A DNA stretch of 64,000 nucleotides from an uncultured Gammaproteobacteria bacterium (GCA_964408485.1 CAYOZJ010000002.1:69235-133234); one strand, 5' to 3'; counted from the stretch's first letter, positions 18,146-27,438 are shown. Notes: generated by a model not told the origin, from the sequence alone. Translations and numbers: made by a program.

Positions 18146-19015
18146 TTAAAGTTCGGTGAGGTGGGTATTTTCTTTTGCTCGGTCCGGGACAAATTCTAAA
18201 TATCTTTCTGTTGTAGAAAGTCTTTTGTGTCCAACAATTTTGGAAAGAAGGACCAACGATACGCCGTGTTTTAAGTGGTGGGCGATAAATGTGTGTCGAA
18301 GGTCATTAACCTTTGCACCTTTAATTTCGGCTAATCTAAAGTATCTTTCAACTGCTGTTCGGATATTTCGGATTAAGAATGGTCTGCCAGATTTGGTAAC
18401 AAAAATTCGCTCTTCAGCAACTGCAGGCCTGCCTTTTATGTATCTTTCCAATGATTCTTTTGCAGACTTATTAATTGGGACAACTCGTTCTTCATGCTTT
18501 TCAAATGGTCGAATGCGAAGACCTTCTGCAAGGACATCGTCCATACGAAGTTCGGCTAATTCGCCAATTCTAATTCCTGTTTGAAGCAAAAGCTCAATAA
18601 CAGCAAACATTCTCACATCATTTCGAGAGGCATCTCTGAGTGCTCGGTATTCTGTAGGTGTCAAAATGCGAGGTGCTGCGAGTGTGTATTGTGGGTGAGC
18701 AACTTGTAACGATGGGTCTTCTGAGACTAACCCTTTAGATTTTAAGAATCGGTAAAATGTGCGGATGGAATTAATCTTTCGGGAAAGGGACTTTGGTGTA
18801 TAACCAGAGCCTGAAAGTTTTGCTAAAAATGCCTCAATGTCTTCTTTTGTGATTCCTTCAATCTCTTTTTTCCCATTTTCTGCCAGAAAAGTAACCAACT
18901 GATCGATGTCTTTGGTGTATGCTACAATGGTAGCGTTTGATCTGGATTTTTCCTTGAGGAAATCGACAAATTGAGTCTTCGCGACGTCTAAAGTGAGTGT
19001 TGCCATAGTGTACAA
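18146..19015 (-). CDS. tyrosine site-specific recombinase, XerC/XerD-like
   Basis: N-terminal SAM-like domain. Catalytic-domain motifs LRHTFIAHHL and HKRLSTTERY (R-H-R-Y). At 289 aa it is Xer-sized. Confidence 0.85.
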   Translation of the reverse strand: MYTMATLTLDVAKTQFVDFLKEKSRSNATIVAYTKDIDQLVTFLAENGKKEIEGITKEDIEAFLAKLSGSGYTPKSLSRKINSIRTFYRFLKSKGLVSEDPSLQVAHPQYTLAAPRILTPTEYRALRDASRNDVRMFAVIELLLQTGIRIGELAELRMDDVLAEGLRIRPFEKHEERVVPINKSAKESLERYIKGRPAVAEERIFVTKSGRPFLIRNIRTAVERYFRLAEIKGAKVNDLRHTFIAHHLKHGVSLVLLSKIVGHKRLSTTERYLEFVPDRAKENTHLTEL

Positions 19016-19048
19016 AGCCTATAATATCATTTAATTTACCATAAGTCA

Positions 19049-19384
19049 ATGAAAAGAATTATTTACTTTGCAGCCATTGTTTTCCTCCTTACCGTAATTG
19101 CTAACCTATCTTTTTCCATTGTAACCCTTTGGTCAAAGCGAGATGTCTTAACGCAGGCACAATCGCAGTTGATAAAAGAGCAGGAAGAGCAGAGAAATCT
19201 TAAAAAACAGTGGAAACAGGTTAATTCACCTAATTTTGTAGAACAACAGGCACGAGATAAGCTCTTCTTAGGCAAACCAGGGGAGAGTTTGGTGCTTATT
19301 CCAACAGCATCGCCTTCAGCTGTGCAGCAGCAGTCTGCTAGCCAAGAACCTGTGCTTGAGCAGTGGTGGAAGCTATTCTTCTAG
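19049..19384 (+). CDS. ftsB: septum formation initiator (FtsB/DivIC family)
   Basis: N-terminal TM, coiled coil, and FVEQQARDKLFLGKPGE motif. Confidence 0.75.
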   Translation: MKRIIYFAAIVFLLTVIANLSFSIVTLWSKRDVLTQAQSQLIKEQEEQRNLKKQWKQVNSPNFVEQQARDKLFLGKPGESLVLIPTASPSAVQQQSASQEPVLEQWWKLFF

Positions 19385-21517
19385 TTATTTCCACACATCA
19401 CGAATATCTGTTGCGGGATTAATGGGAGAGGCAGGTTTGCTCAGATCAAATACCGCATAACGGGGATTATTTTCTGCGCTCGACCCGTCTTTATATGCAC
19501 TTTCGTCACTTCCAAGTCCAGTTGTATGAATCGTCTCTAGAAGATTTCCCATAGGGTCGGGTCTGCCACCCCAAACCTCGTCAGATACCTGATGTGCTCG
19601 AAGCATACCAACTGCTCCTACTTTATCGAGTTCATTTTGAACAGCAACGCGTGCATAATAATACGGTCCGTTGATTGCAGCACCTGTATAATTGGGTTTG
19701 CTAGATCGTCTCATGTTGGGATAAAAGCCTTCCGTGGAGGAGAGGAATTGATATGCTTTTCGTAAATCGCCCAAGCTTCGTTTCGTGGGGATCATCTCTA
19801 AGGTTCCCAAGCGAAAGATACGATCTTGAAAAAGAACTTCCGCATCATCACGATTGCTTGCATCAGTGGAGTCTGTATGAAGCGCTAAGATTTTTTGCAG
19901 ATCATCAAGGATTTGTTTTTTTTGCTGTTCCATTTCTTGTACACGGTTATCTGGAATAGGATCATTCCATGTTATTTGTCCGTCCATAAGCGTAGTTACT
20001 TGTTCTGGAGATAAGTGTGCATATTGATCCATCGTTAATGCTTGTGTTGCAGGTCCTCCATGAACTATAGATTTTCCATCTGCTGTAAATACCATTCGTG
20101 GTAATTGGTTAAAAAGAGAGACGTACTGCATGTTTAATGCCTGTCCTTTTTCTTGGCCAAAGGTTTGAATCAAATGTTGTGGAAATTCATGTGGTTTTAT
20201 TCCACCCGCGGTTTCATGATCTGCTTTCATAATCGTAATATGATCAGGGAAGAGATATTTAAGAGAAAGAATAGCTTCCATTACCTCAGTGTCTTTTGTC
20301 CCACGATCAATCAGATCACCCATAAATACTACTTGGACAGGTTTGCCAGCTGTCAAATCCTCTAAAACATGTTCTTTTTCCAGGACTTGTTTTACTGTCT
20401 TAAGATCACCATGAATATCTCCCAGTGCAACAACTCTTCCGGCATTCTTGGGAAGGAAAATAACGTTGCCCTCATGCGTTGGTATTTCCTGACTTATTCC
20501 GGATGCATCATTCATTTCCTGAATTGTTGCCTTCATCTTGCCTTGTCCAACCCACTTTTCTTTTGTCATTTGGTCAGTGATTGATTCAATAAGTTTGGCA
20601 TTGACCTTACTTCGTTCTTCAGATGGGAGTAGTTGAACCTGTTCAAAAACAAAACGTTTTGCTTTATCAGAGTCTTTTTGTGCTTCTTCCATGTTTATAA
20701 ATGCTCCTTGTGGCTTCTGTTCTGTAATTGACTCTAGTGGCTGTTGGATGGTTTGTTTATTTTTCATTTCTAATCCTTCTTGATAATAAGTAAGAATCTT
20801 TTTGTCTCGTTCTGACCAATCAGAGGTTGGAGTTTGGGAGAATTTAGTCATGTTTGCCCTTGCATCAGGGGATTTCAGATCATCCATTGTTTGGCGAAGG
20901 ACAATAAGCGCGTCAAATGCTTCATCAGATCCAAGCATCCATTTGGTAAGGAAGGTTTTAAGGTGTCTCATTTCATCAACAGTAAGTGCGTTAGCGAGAT
21001 TTTCATTCATATTGCCAGTACAGAATTTTTTATAAAACGCTCCTTCAGTATGCGTATCTCTGTCATAGAATTGCTTTTGTAGTTCTACTATTTCGTCACT
21101 TCCCATATTTCCTTGCATGATGTGTTGTTGAGTGGTGGTATCCAAGTCGAGAAGTTTTAAAAAAACAGCAGCACCTTTTTGTTGCTTAGAATTTACTATA
21201 TTTCCCATCTCTCTCCAGGCCTCAAAGCCCCAAAGTTGCATCTGTTCGTGCCTAATATCCTCCGGGGAAAGGGGATGATCGGGATTATTAATTTTTTTTG
21301 CAAATGCATCTGCATCTTGTTGTCTTTTGGCAACATTTCTATTATGGAGTGCATCAAAGGTTTTTCTACTTACTTCTGTGGGTGGGGTAGTATCCACGGG
21401 TTGAGTTAGATCAAATGCGCCTAATGCAATTCTATGCTTTAGGGCAGGGCTTGCTGGTTGCTTTTCTAAGTCTACAGATTTTTCTTGTGTTGGAATTCCT
21501 TCGGGAGCTTGTAGCAT
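19385..21517 (-). CDS. large protein with central PPP-family (calcineurin-like) metallophosphoesterase domain
   Basis: GDIHGD ... GDLIDRG ... ADHE (variant of GNHE) motifs in the middle of a 710-aa protein. No signal peptide seen. Confidence 0.55.
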   Translation of the reverse strand: MLQAPEGIPTQEKSVDLEKQPASPALKHRIALGAFDLTQPVDTTPPTEVSRKTFDALHNRNVAKRQQDADAFAKKINNPDHPLSPEDIRHEQMQLWGFEAWREMGNIVNSKQQKGAAVFLKLLDLDTTTQQHIMQGNMGSDEIVELQKQFYDRDTHTEGAFYKKFCTGNMNENLANALTVDEMRHLKTFLTKWMLGSDEAFDALIVLRQTMDDLKSPDARANMTKFSQTPTSDWSERDKKILTYYQEGLEMKNKQTIQQPLESITEQKPQGAFINMEEAQKDSDKAKRFVFEQVQLLPSEERSKVNAKLIESITDQMTKEKWVGQGKMKATIQEMNDASGISQEIPTHEGNVIFLPKNAGRVVALGDIHGDLKTVKQVLEKEHVLEDLTAGKPVQVVFMGDLIDRGTKDTEVMEAILSLKYLFPDHITIMKADHETAGGIKPHEFPQHLIQTFGQEKGQALNMQYVSLFNQLPRMVFTADGKSIVHGGPATQALTMDQYAHLSPEQVTTLMDGQITWNDPIPDNRVQEMEQQKKQILDDLQKILALHTDSTDASNRDDAEVLFQDRIFRLGTLEMIPTKRSLGDLRKAYQFLSSTEGFYPNMRRSSKPNYTGAAINGPYYYARVAVQNELDKVGAVGMLRAHQVSDEVWGGRPDPMGNLLETIHTTGLGSDESAYKDGSSAENNPRYAVFDLSKPASPINPATDIRDVWK

Positions 21518-21649
21518 ACAAAAATTGTACTGCAGGGGGAAGGAAAAGAGAAGGTGGGATAATCCTTTTTCTTAAAAAGGGTTTAATCTACTGGGTAGGT
21601 TTAAAAAAAACAATAACTCAGAAGATGTAGGAGAAAGGTTAGAAGAGAA

Positions 21650-21835
21650 TTATTTTTCTGGTGGAGTTCCAGTAATAATTCCTCTAATCCAATCTGGTAC
21701 GCGTCCATCTGAAGTTACTGGGTTTACGGGTGGGTTAGGTAATGAAATACGTTGGATTCCAAATGGATGTCTACCTCCTTCTGGAGTTGTAGATTTTGGT
21801 GCTTCTCTTTTTGATTGTCTTCTTGAATCGGTCAT
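21650..21835 (-). CDS. hypothetical small protein
   Basis: 61-aa Pro/Arg-rich ORF. Confidence 0.2.
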   Translation of the reverse strand: MTDSRRQSKREAPKSTTPEGGRHPFGIQRISLPNPPVNPVTSDGRVPDWIRGIITGTPPEK

Positions 21836-22347
21836 AATTATATTATACTATAAGTTTTAAAGTTGTCAATAAGGGAGTAAAAGGAGCTTGTTTATAACTT
21901 GTGTTGCGGGGCTAGGAGTTGCGCCTAGCCTGTGAGATTATGCATCTGTAATCTCTGATTACTCAGAGTGTCGGACTATATCTTCCAGCCAGTGGCTGGT
22001 TCAGCGTATAGTCTCTACGGGTTCTCACCAAGTGGCGAGTCTTCCCTCGGTATTGTCCTCCGTCAACTGACAGATAGGAGTCCACCGATATAGCTGAATT
22101 CAATTCTCATTATTGCTAATAAGATGGCCCATTATGTTAAGCCTCACGTGCACTGTACACTACCCCGCGTATGAGCATAGTATAGCATTATTTCATTGAT
22201 TTAGCCAGCCTCAATTGGTATACTTAGGGTACTTTCTAGTCACCTGAACTTGATTCAGGATCTCATTTTAAGAATGAGATCCTTCGTTTTACTCAGAATG
22301 ACAGGAGAAGATTGCCACGGAACATTCGTTCCTCGCAATGACGATAC
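21836..22347. other. ~500-bp ORF-free, hairpin-rich region (candidate structured RNA and/or repeat array)
   Basis: No ORF of 60 aa or more on either strand. Several perfect hairpins: GGCTAGGAGTTGCGCCTAGCC, CCAGCCAGTGGCTGG, GATTATGCATCTGTAATC, GATCTCATTTTAAGAATGAGATC. The 3' end carries family repeats (CTCAGAATGACAGG, GATTGCCACG...CCTCGCAATGACG) abutting tRNA. Confidence 0.3.
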
Positions 22348-22420
22348 GCCAGGGTAGCTCAGTGGTTAGAGCACCACATTCATAACGTGGCGGTCGGCAG
22401 TCCGACTCTGCCCCCTGGTA
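22348..22420 (+). tRNA. tRNA with CAU anticodon (Met, or Ile2 if lysidinylated)
   Basis: GCCAGGGTAGCTCAGTGGTTAGAGCACCAC... anticodon loop TTCATAA (CAT). The acceptor has a G1-U72 wobble and the T-loop TCCGACT is atypical (C55), so I am less certain it is functional. Confidence 0.55.
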
Positions 22421-22441
22421 CTAAGGAATTCTCAATTTTTT

Positions 22442-23236
22442 ATGGATGATAGACCAATTGGAGTACTCGATAGCGGAGTAGGGGGCTTGACCATCTGGAA
22501 AGAAATCCTTCGCGAACTTCCTCAGGAATCAACGATTTATATTGGTGACAGTAAACATGCACCGTATGGAGATAAATCACCAGATGAAATCTTTCAATTA
22601 GCTTCAGTTCTTATTCGTTTTCTTCTGAAAAAACGAGTCAAGCTTATTGTCATTGCATGTAATGTTATTACAACAAATGCTCTTGCTAGCCTGAGAAATG
22701 AATTTAAGCAAATTGCTATTGTTGGGACAGTCCCAGTTATTAAAAAGGCAGTAGAAGTCACAAAAACAGGGAAAATAGGAGTTTTATCAACTAACGGGAC
22801 AGCAAAAAGTCATTACCAGAAGCATCTTATTGAGCAGTTTGCTTTAGGGAAAGAAATAGTAAGTGTTGGTAATAATACTCTTGTCCCTTTTATTGAAAAA
22901 GGAATAACATCAGGTCCAAAGATTGATAATGCGCTGCGCACTGTATTGAAGCCATTCCAAAAGAAAAACATAGATGTTATCGCTTTAGGGTGTACTCATT
23001 TCCCATTTCTAAAAAATGAAATACAAAAAATCCTTGGACCAGGCGTTCTTCTTTTGGATTCTGGTCCTGCGATTGCAAGGCAAGTAAAGCGAATTTTACA
23101 GAAAAATGACGAGTTGAATAAGAAAAAGAAAGTTATCCATACTGTCTATACAACAGGGAATGCTGATATATTTGATGACATGATTGCAAAGCTAGGAATT
23201 GTAGGTGCAGGGAGGGCAAAACGACAAAACCTATAA
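22442..23236 (+). CDS. murI: glutamate racemase
   Basis: IGVLDSGVGGLT, IACNVITTNAL and GCTHFPFL motifs. Confidence 0.9.
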   Translation: MDDRPIGVLDSGVGGLTIWKEILRELPQESTIYIGDSKHAPYGDKSPDEIFQLASVLIRFLLKKRVKLIVIACNVITTNALASLRNEFKQIAIVGTVPVIKKAVEVTKTGKIGVLSTNGTAKSHYQKHLIEQFALGKEIVSVGNNTLVPFIEKGITSGPKIDNALRTVLKPFQKKNIDVIALGCTHFPFLKNEIQKILGPGVLLLDSGPAIARQVKRILQKNDELNKKKKVIHTVYTTGNADIFDDMIAKLGIVGAGRAKRQNL

Positions 23237-23253
23237 CCTGATACAATTGCCAT

Positions 23254-24657
23254 ATGAAGATAAGCGAATTACATACAAAACGAATTGCTATTTTGGGTCT
23301 TGGTGTAGAGGGATTAGCAACGGCACAATATTTTTTAGAACATAAGATTGCCTTTTCCATTATTGATGAAAAGTCATTTACCGAACTTTCTGAAGGAGGG
23401 GATTTAAAGAATGCTTTAGAAAAACTTAAAGAGAATACTATTCCACTCGTTTTGGGAGAAGTTCCCACAAAAGAGCAGCTAGCTCAGTACGATGTACTTG
23501 TAAGAGCACCTGGAATCTCTCTGAAGAAAGATTATCTGCGAGGATTTAGCGGTAGCATTACTTCTGCAACTAAGCTCTTTTTTGACAATTGCCCTGGGAA
23601 AATTATTGGTGTAACAGGGACAAAAGGAAAGGGAACAACCAGCACATTGATCTATGAAATGCTTAAAAGTGCAGGAATCGACGCATATCTTGGCGGCAAC
23701 ATAGGACTGCCTCCATTATCATTTTTGGATACAGTAGATGATCAATCTATTGTTGTTCTGGAGCTTTCTAGTTTTCAATTAGAAGACCTTCAAAAAAGTC
23801 CCCACATTAGTGTCATGCTTATGGTAACGCAGGAACACTTAGACGGTTTTGGAAATCAAAATTATCACAGCTCAATTCGTGAGTATGTTGATGCAAAAAG
23901 AAATATTGTCAGATTCCAAACAGCAGATGATATGGCAATTCTTAATACAGACTATCCTGCCACTACAGAATCAGCTGGTGTTACCTCGGCTCAGGTTGCG
24001 TGGGTGAGTAGATACAAGCCTGTTGGAACAGGGTGCTTTGTGAGAGACAATGAGGTAATTCTTCGCAGCAATAATCAGGAGACCAAAGTAATTGACGCAG
24101 CTGATATTTTTCTTCCTGGAGGACATAATTTAGAAAATATCTGTGCAGCAACTATGGCTGCGTATTTTGCAGGCGTTGATGTTGCTGAAATTGCATCAGT
24201 TCTCAAGACCTTTAAAGGCTTAGAACACCGGTTGGAGTTGGTTAGGGAGTTGGATGGTGTTAGATATTATGACGATTCTTTCTCAACGGTTCCTGAGACT
24301 GCTATTGCTGCAATTCAAGCATTTAGTAATCCAGAAATTTTAATCTTGGGGGGGTCAAGCAAGAAATCAGATTTTACTCAGCTTGGAAAGCTTATTAGCG
24401 AAACACCAAATATAAAAGCAATTATTGGGATTGGAGTAGAATGGCCAGTCATAGAATCAAGAATCAAGAATCAAGAATCAAGAATAAAAATAGTGACAGG
24501 GTTAACAACCATGAAAGATATTGTTGAGACAGTCAGGAAATTAAGTGAGCCAGGAGATGTTGTGCTTCTTTCTCCAGCCTGCGCATCATTTGGGATGTTT
24601 AAGAATTACAAAGACAGAGGCAATCAGTTTAAAGAGCAAGTAAACAAATTAACCTAA
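23254..24657 (+). CDS. murD: UDP-N-acetylmuramoylalanine--D-glutamate ligase (carries in-frame repeat insertion)
   Basis: ILGLGVEGLATAQYF plus GVTGTKGKGTTSTLIYEML. Contains an inserted ESRIKNQESRIKI peptide from a GAATCAA tandem repeat. Confidence 0.9.
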   Translation: MKISELHTKRIAILGLGVEGLATAQYFLEHKIAFSIIDEKSFTELSEGGDLKNALEKLKENTIPLVLGEVPTKEQLAQYDVLVRAPGISLKKDYLRGFSGSITSATKLFFDNCPGKIIGVTGTKGKGTTSTLIYEMLKSAGIDAYLGGNIGLPPLSFLDTVDDQSIVVLELSSFQLEDLQKSPHISVMLMVTQEHLDGFGNQNYHSSIREYVDAKRNIVRFQTADDMAILNTDYPATTESAGVTSAQVAWVSRYKPVGTGCFVRDNEVILRSNNQETKVIDAADIFLPGGHNLENICAATMAAYFAGVDVAEIASVLKTFKGLEHRLELVRELDGVRYYDDSFSTVPETAIAAIQAFSNPEILILGGSSKKSDFTQLGKLISETPNIKAIIGIGVEWPVIESRIKNQESRIKIVTGLTTMKDIVETVRKLSEPGDVVLLSPACASFGMFKNYKDRGNQFKEQVNKLT

Positions 24658-24756
24658 TTGACCTAATTTACCTAATTTCTAAAGAAATCCCAATTTCAAA
24701 ATTAGTTATTGGGTATTTTTTAGGTTAATTAGAAATTAGTAATTAGAAATTTTTGT

Positions 24757-26022
24757 ATGACTAGCAAAATTAAGTTCACTATTGAAAAGCGAGATAAAGC
24801 AAGTAAAGCAAGAGCTGGTAGACTTACCACTCCTCATGGAGTAGTCCATACACCAATGTTTATTCCTGTTGGAACACAAGCAACTGTTAAGACGCTTAGT
24901 CCGCATGAGCTGCAGGCTATGGGTGCTGAAATAGTTATGACAAATACCTATCATTTGCATCTTCGTCCGGGGGAGGAAGTAATAGAAAAAATGGGAGGGA
25001 TTGGAAAATTTATGTCTTGGAAGGGCCCTACTATGACAGATAGTGGGGGTTACCAGGTATTTTCTTTGGGTGCAGCTCAGAAAAAGATTACTTATAGAGG
25101 ACATAATGGTCAAAAGCTTAGCAAATTTAATAAGTCGGTTTTTCTCTCCCCTGAGAATATTGGATTACAATTGCCAGCTGTTACCAAAACTCGGGAAGAA
25201 AAAGAACTGAGTAAATTAAAATCAGCAAAAGTTACAGAGGAAGGGGTAAAGTTTTATTCCCATATTGATGGTCACATGGAGTGGTTTGATAGTGAAAAAT
25301 CAATTGCCATTCAGGAAAAATTAGGAGCGGATTTGATTGTTGCCTTTGATGATCATGAGTCGCCACTGTGGGATTACGAGTTAACAAAGATTTCATTAGA
25401 CAGAACTCATCAATGGGGGCTTCGAAGTCTTGCTGCGCAAACGAGGGATGACCAGCTTATGTATGGGATTGTCCATGGAGGTCATTTTCCAGATCTTCGA
25501 ATAGAGTCAGCAAAATTTGTGAATAAATATTTTGACGCAGTGTCCATTGGCGGATCATACAGTAGTAAAGAAATTCTCTACAGTATGGTTGAGGCATGTG
25601 TTAAAGAATTTGATGATGCAAAGCCCAGGCATTTGCTTGGAATTGCCGAAGTACAAGATCTTTTTGAAGCAGTGGAAAGAGGAATGGATTTTTTTGATTG
25701 TGTTGCAGCAACCAGAAGAGGAAGGCATGGAAGTGTATATATCAGTCCAGAAGAAGGCGGAACAACAAAAAACAATTACATTTTGGCTATTAAGCACAAC
25801 AAATACAGTTTGGATTCTGGCCCAATAGACAAAAACTGCACCTGTTATACATGCCAGAACTTTACCAGATCGTATATCTGTCATTTATTCCGTGCAGATG
25901 AAATCTTGGGTCAGCGGCTTGGTGCTTTGCATAATGTCCATTTTATTATTAATCTTGCCAAAAAAATCAGAGAAGCAATTTTGGAAGATAGATTTTTGGA
26001 GCTTAAGCATGAATGGATTTAG
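24757..26022 (+). CDS. tgt: queuine tRNA-ribosyltransferase
   Basis: TPHGVVHTPMFIPVGTQATVK, LGIAEVQDLF and zinc site CTCYTCQNFTRSYICHLF. Confidence 0.9.
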   Translation: MTSKIKFTIEKRDKASKARAGRLTTPHGVVHTPMFIPVGTQATVKTLSPHELQAMGAEIVMTNTYHLHLRPGEEVIEKMGGIGKFMSWKGPTMTDSGGYQVFSLGAAQKKITYRGHNGQKLSKFNKSVFLSPENIGLQLPAVTKTREEKELSKLKSAKVTEEGVKFYSHIDGHMEWFDSEKSIAIQEKLGADLIVAFDDHESPLWDYELTKISLDRTHQWGLRSLAAQTRDDQLMYGIVHGGHFPDLRIESAKFVNKYFDAVSIGGSYSSKEILYSMVEACVKEFDDAKPRHLLGIAEVQDLFEAVERGMDFFDCVAATRRGRHGSVYISPEEGGTTKNNYILAIKHNKYSLDSGPIDKNCTCYTCQNFTRSYICHLFRADEILGQRLGALHNVHFIINLAKKIREAILEDRFLELKHEWI

Positions 26023-27338
26023 TCAGTAGGATGTCCAATTTCTTCTAATGCCTGCTTTACGCTCCGGCCTCCTTGTTCTTCTGGAGTCAGAATGGGACTG
26101 TAACGCTTGGGTCTTCCTCGGAATTCATCTAGTATTGCCCCAGCCTGTCTTCGCGTCTGTCTTGCTTCTCGTACTTTTTCTCTATTAACAACATTAAATG
26201 TTTGGACGAATTCGCTACCTATTGCTTTTCTTCGCGCTTGTCTTGCCTCTCGGATTTTTCGTCTTCGATATTCTTTTATTCCTGCATTTCTTTCTGTCCG
26301 ACGCTTGGCAAGTTGCTCATCAACTCTTTCCATCCATGCTTCAGCTTGTCTATTTGCATCTTGAGGAGAAAAATCCTGATTAAGATAGCGCTCCAAAACT
26401 AACATTTTACCAACTGCAAGAAGTGCTTTATCTGCATTTCCATCCCAAAATGCATTATTTTGCGTGAGAAACTGCTCGACACGCTCAGGAGTTTTGTCTA
26501 GAAAAATAAGATGTCCAGCCATTGGGTCGTTAGTGTTGTGGCCGTTCTGTTTTTCAGCTGTTAAATATTCTTTTAATCTTGTTTGAGTAATTTCCTGGGG
26601 AAGCTGCACCATCCACAATAAATCCCAGTGTCTTTTTTGGTTATCTTCGGCAATGCCAACAAGCGTTGTTTTTGTTGCGTCAGATGTAAGATACGAAAGA
26701 GGAATACCTGTTTCTTCATGAAATTCTGCTTGCATTTGCTCAAGCGCACTTTTAGGCGTAGGGGGAATAAGTTGAGGCAATTCTTCATATCGCGTTGCGC
26801 CATTTGCATTCTTCTTAATGGGAGTTTGGGGTTGTCCTTCCCAGGATCCGCTTGCGGTAGTTGTTAGCGTGCGTGGATACAGGTTAACATTATCAGGTCT
26901 TGTACTTAAAACGATTTTATCGTCGCCAGTTATACCGATTGCCATAACACCACTGTGGCTGAGTTTGCGAGCTGTTTCATAAGGTGTATGTTCGTCTATG
27001 CCTGCACGGTGCTGAAAATAAGTTGCCGGAGCTGTTGTGTATTGGATAGCTTGCTGCTCTCCATGGTCTGTAAAGGAGGTAACAACATCGGCGGACGTTA
27101 TGTTAACTTTTAACGCGTCCCACGCTCCTTTACCGTTTTGTGTTTCCCTAAATGTGTCAATTTTTTGTTGAGATGCATGAAGTTCTTGAGGAGTAAGACG
27201 AGAAGGAGAATTGCCAATGAGTTGTAGGTGGTATCCGCTGAGAGAGGAGGGAGGAGGAATAACAAAACGGGAAGGATAAGGCTGCTTTCTCTCTAAAGAG
27301 AGATGTTTTTCAATCCTCATGAGTGGTTTTTCCCTCAT
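26019..27338 (-). CDS. hypothetical protein with Nudix-like box and Arg-rich C-terminus
   Basis: ALEQMQAEFHEETGI resembles the Nudix REx2EExG box. The C-terminus has repeated REARQARRKA / REARQTRRQA. Confidence 0.35.
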   Translation of the reverse strand: MREKPLMRIEKHLSLERKQPYPSRFVIPPPSSLSGYHLQLIGNSPSRLTPQELHASQQKIDTFRETQNGKGAWDALKVNITSADVVTSFTDHGEQQAIQYTTAPATYFQHRAGIDEHTPYETARKLSHSGVMAIGITGDDKIVLSTRPDNVNLYPRTLTTTASGSWEGQPQTPIKKNANGATRYEELPQLIPPTPKSALEQMQAEFHEETGIPLSYLTSDATKTTLVGIAEDNQKRHWDLLWMVQLPQEITQTRLKEYLTAEKQNGHNTNDPMAGHLIFLDKTPERVEQFLTQNNAFWDGNADKALLAVGKMLVLERYLNQDFSPQDANRQAEAWMERVDEQLAKRRTERNAGIKEYRRRKIREARQARRKAIGSEFVQTFNVVNREKVREARQTRRQAGAILDEFRGRPKRYSPILTPEEQGGRSVKQALEEIGHPTD

Positions 27339-27438
27339 AACCTGGAAGGATTATAAGGAAATGTTGTAGTAATAACAAGAGAGCAACAGGTAAAATTGGG
27401 GCTTGACAAAATACTAGCGTACTAGTATAATAGTACAC

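Noticed and set aside
18146-19015. Interpreting the tyrosine recombinase as a phage or ICE integrase defining a large integrated element.
   Set aside because: At 289 aa with a SAM-like N-domain it is XerC/XerD-sized. The att-like direct repeats are only 125 bp apart and both lie upstream of it, and neighbouring genes (ftsB, murI) are housekeeping, so a chromosomal Xer recombinase is the more conservative call.
21836-22347. Specific assignment of the hairpin-rich spacer as RNase P RNA or tmRNA.
   Set aside because: I could not find the P4 strands (AGGAAAGUCCGG / ACAGAACCCGGCUUA-like) or a tmRNA tag-ORF and tRNA-like 3' end (GGUUCGA..CCA) by eye on either strand, so it is kept only as an unassigned structured region.
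24440-24500. Possible CRISPR array suggested by regularly spaced repeats (GAATCAA x4; also heptamer arrays at 39800, 44581, 45640, 59641).
   Set aside because: Units are 7 bp with no spacers, lie inside ORFs in-frame, and there are no cas genes in the window. These are microsatellite-like tandem repeats, not CRISPR.
26107-26402. Three overlapping + strand ORFs of 61-85 aa.
   Set aside because: Antisense to the 439-aa minus-strand gene. They arise from the Arg-codon-rich repeats (CGN/AGR) of its C-terminus read on the opposite strand.
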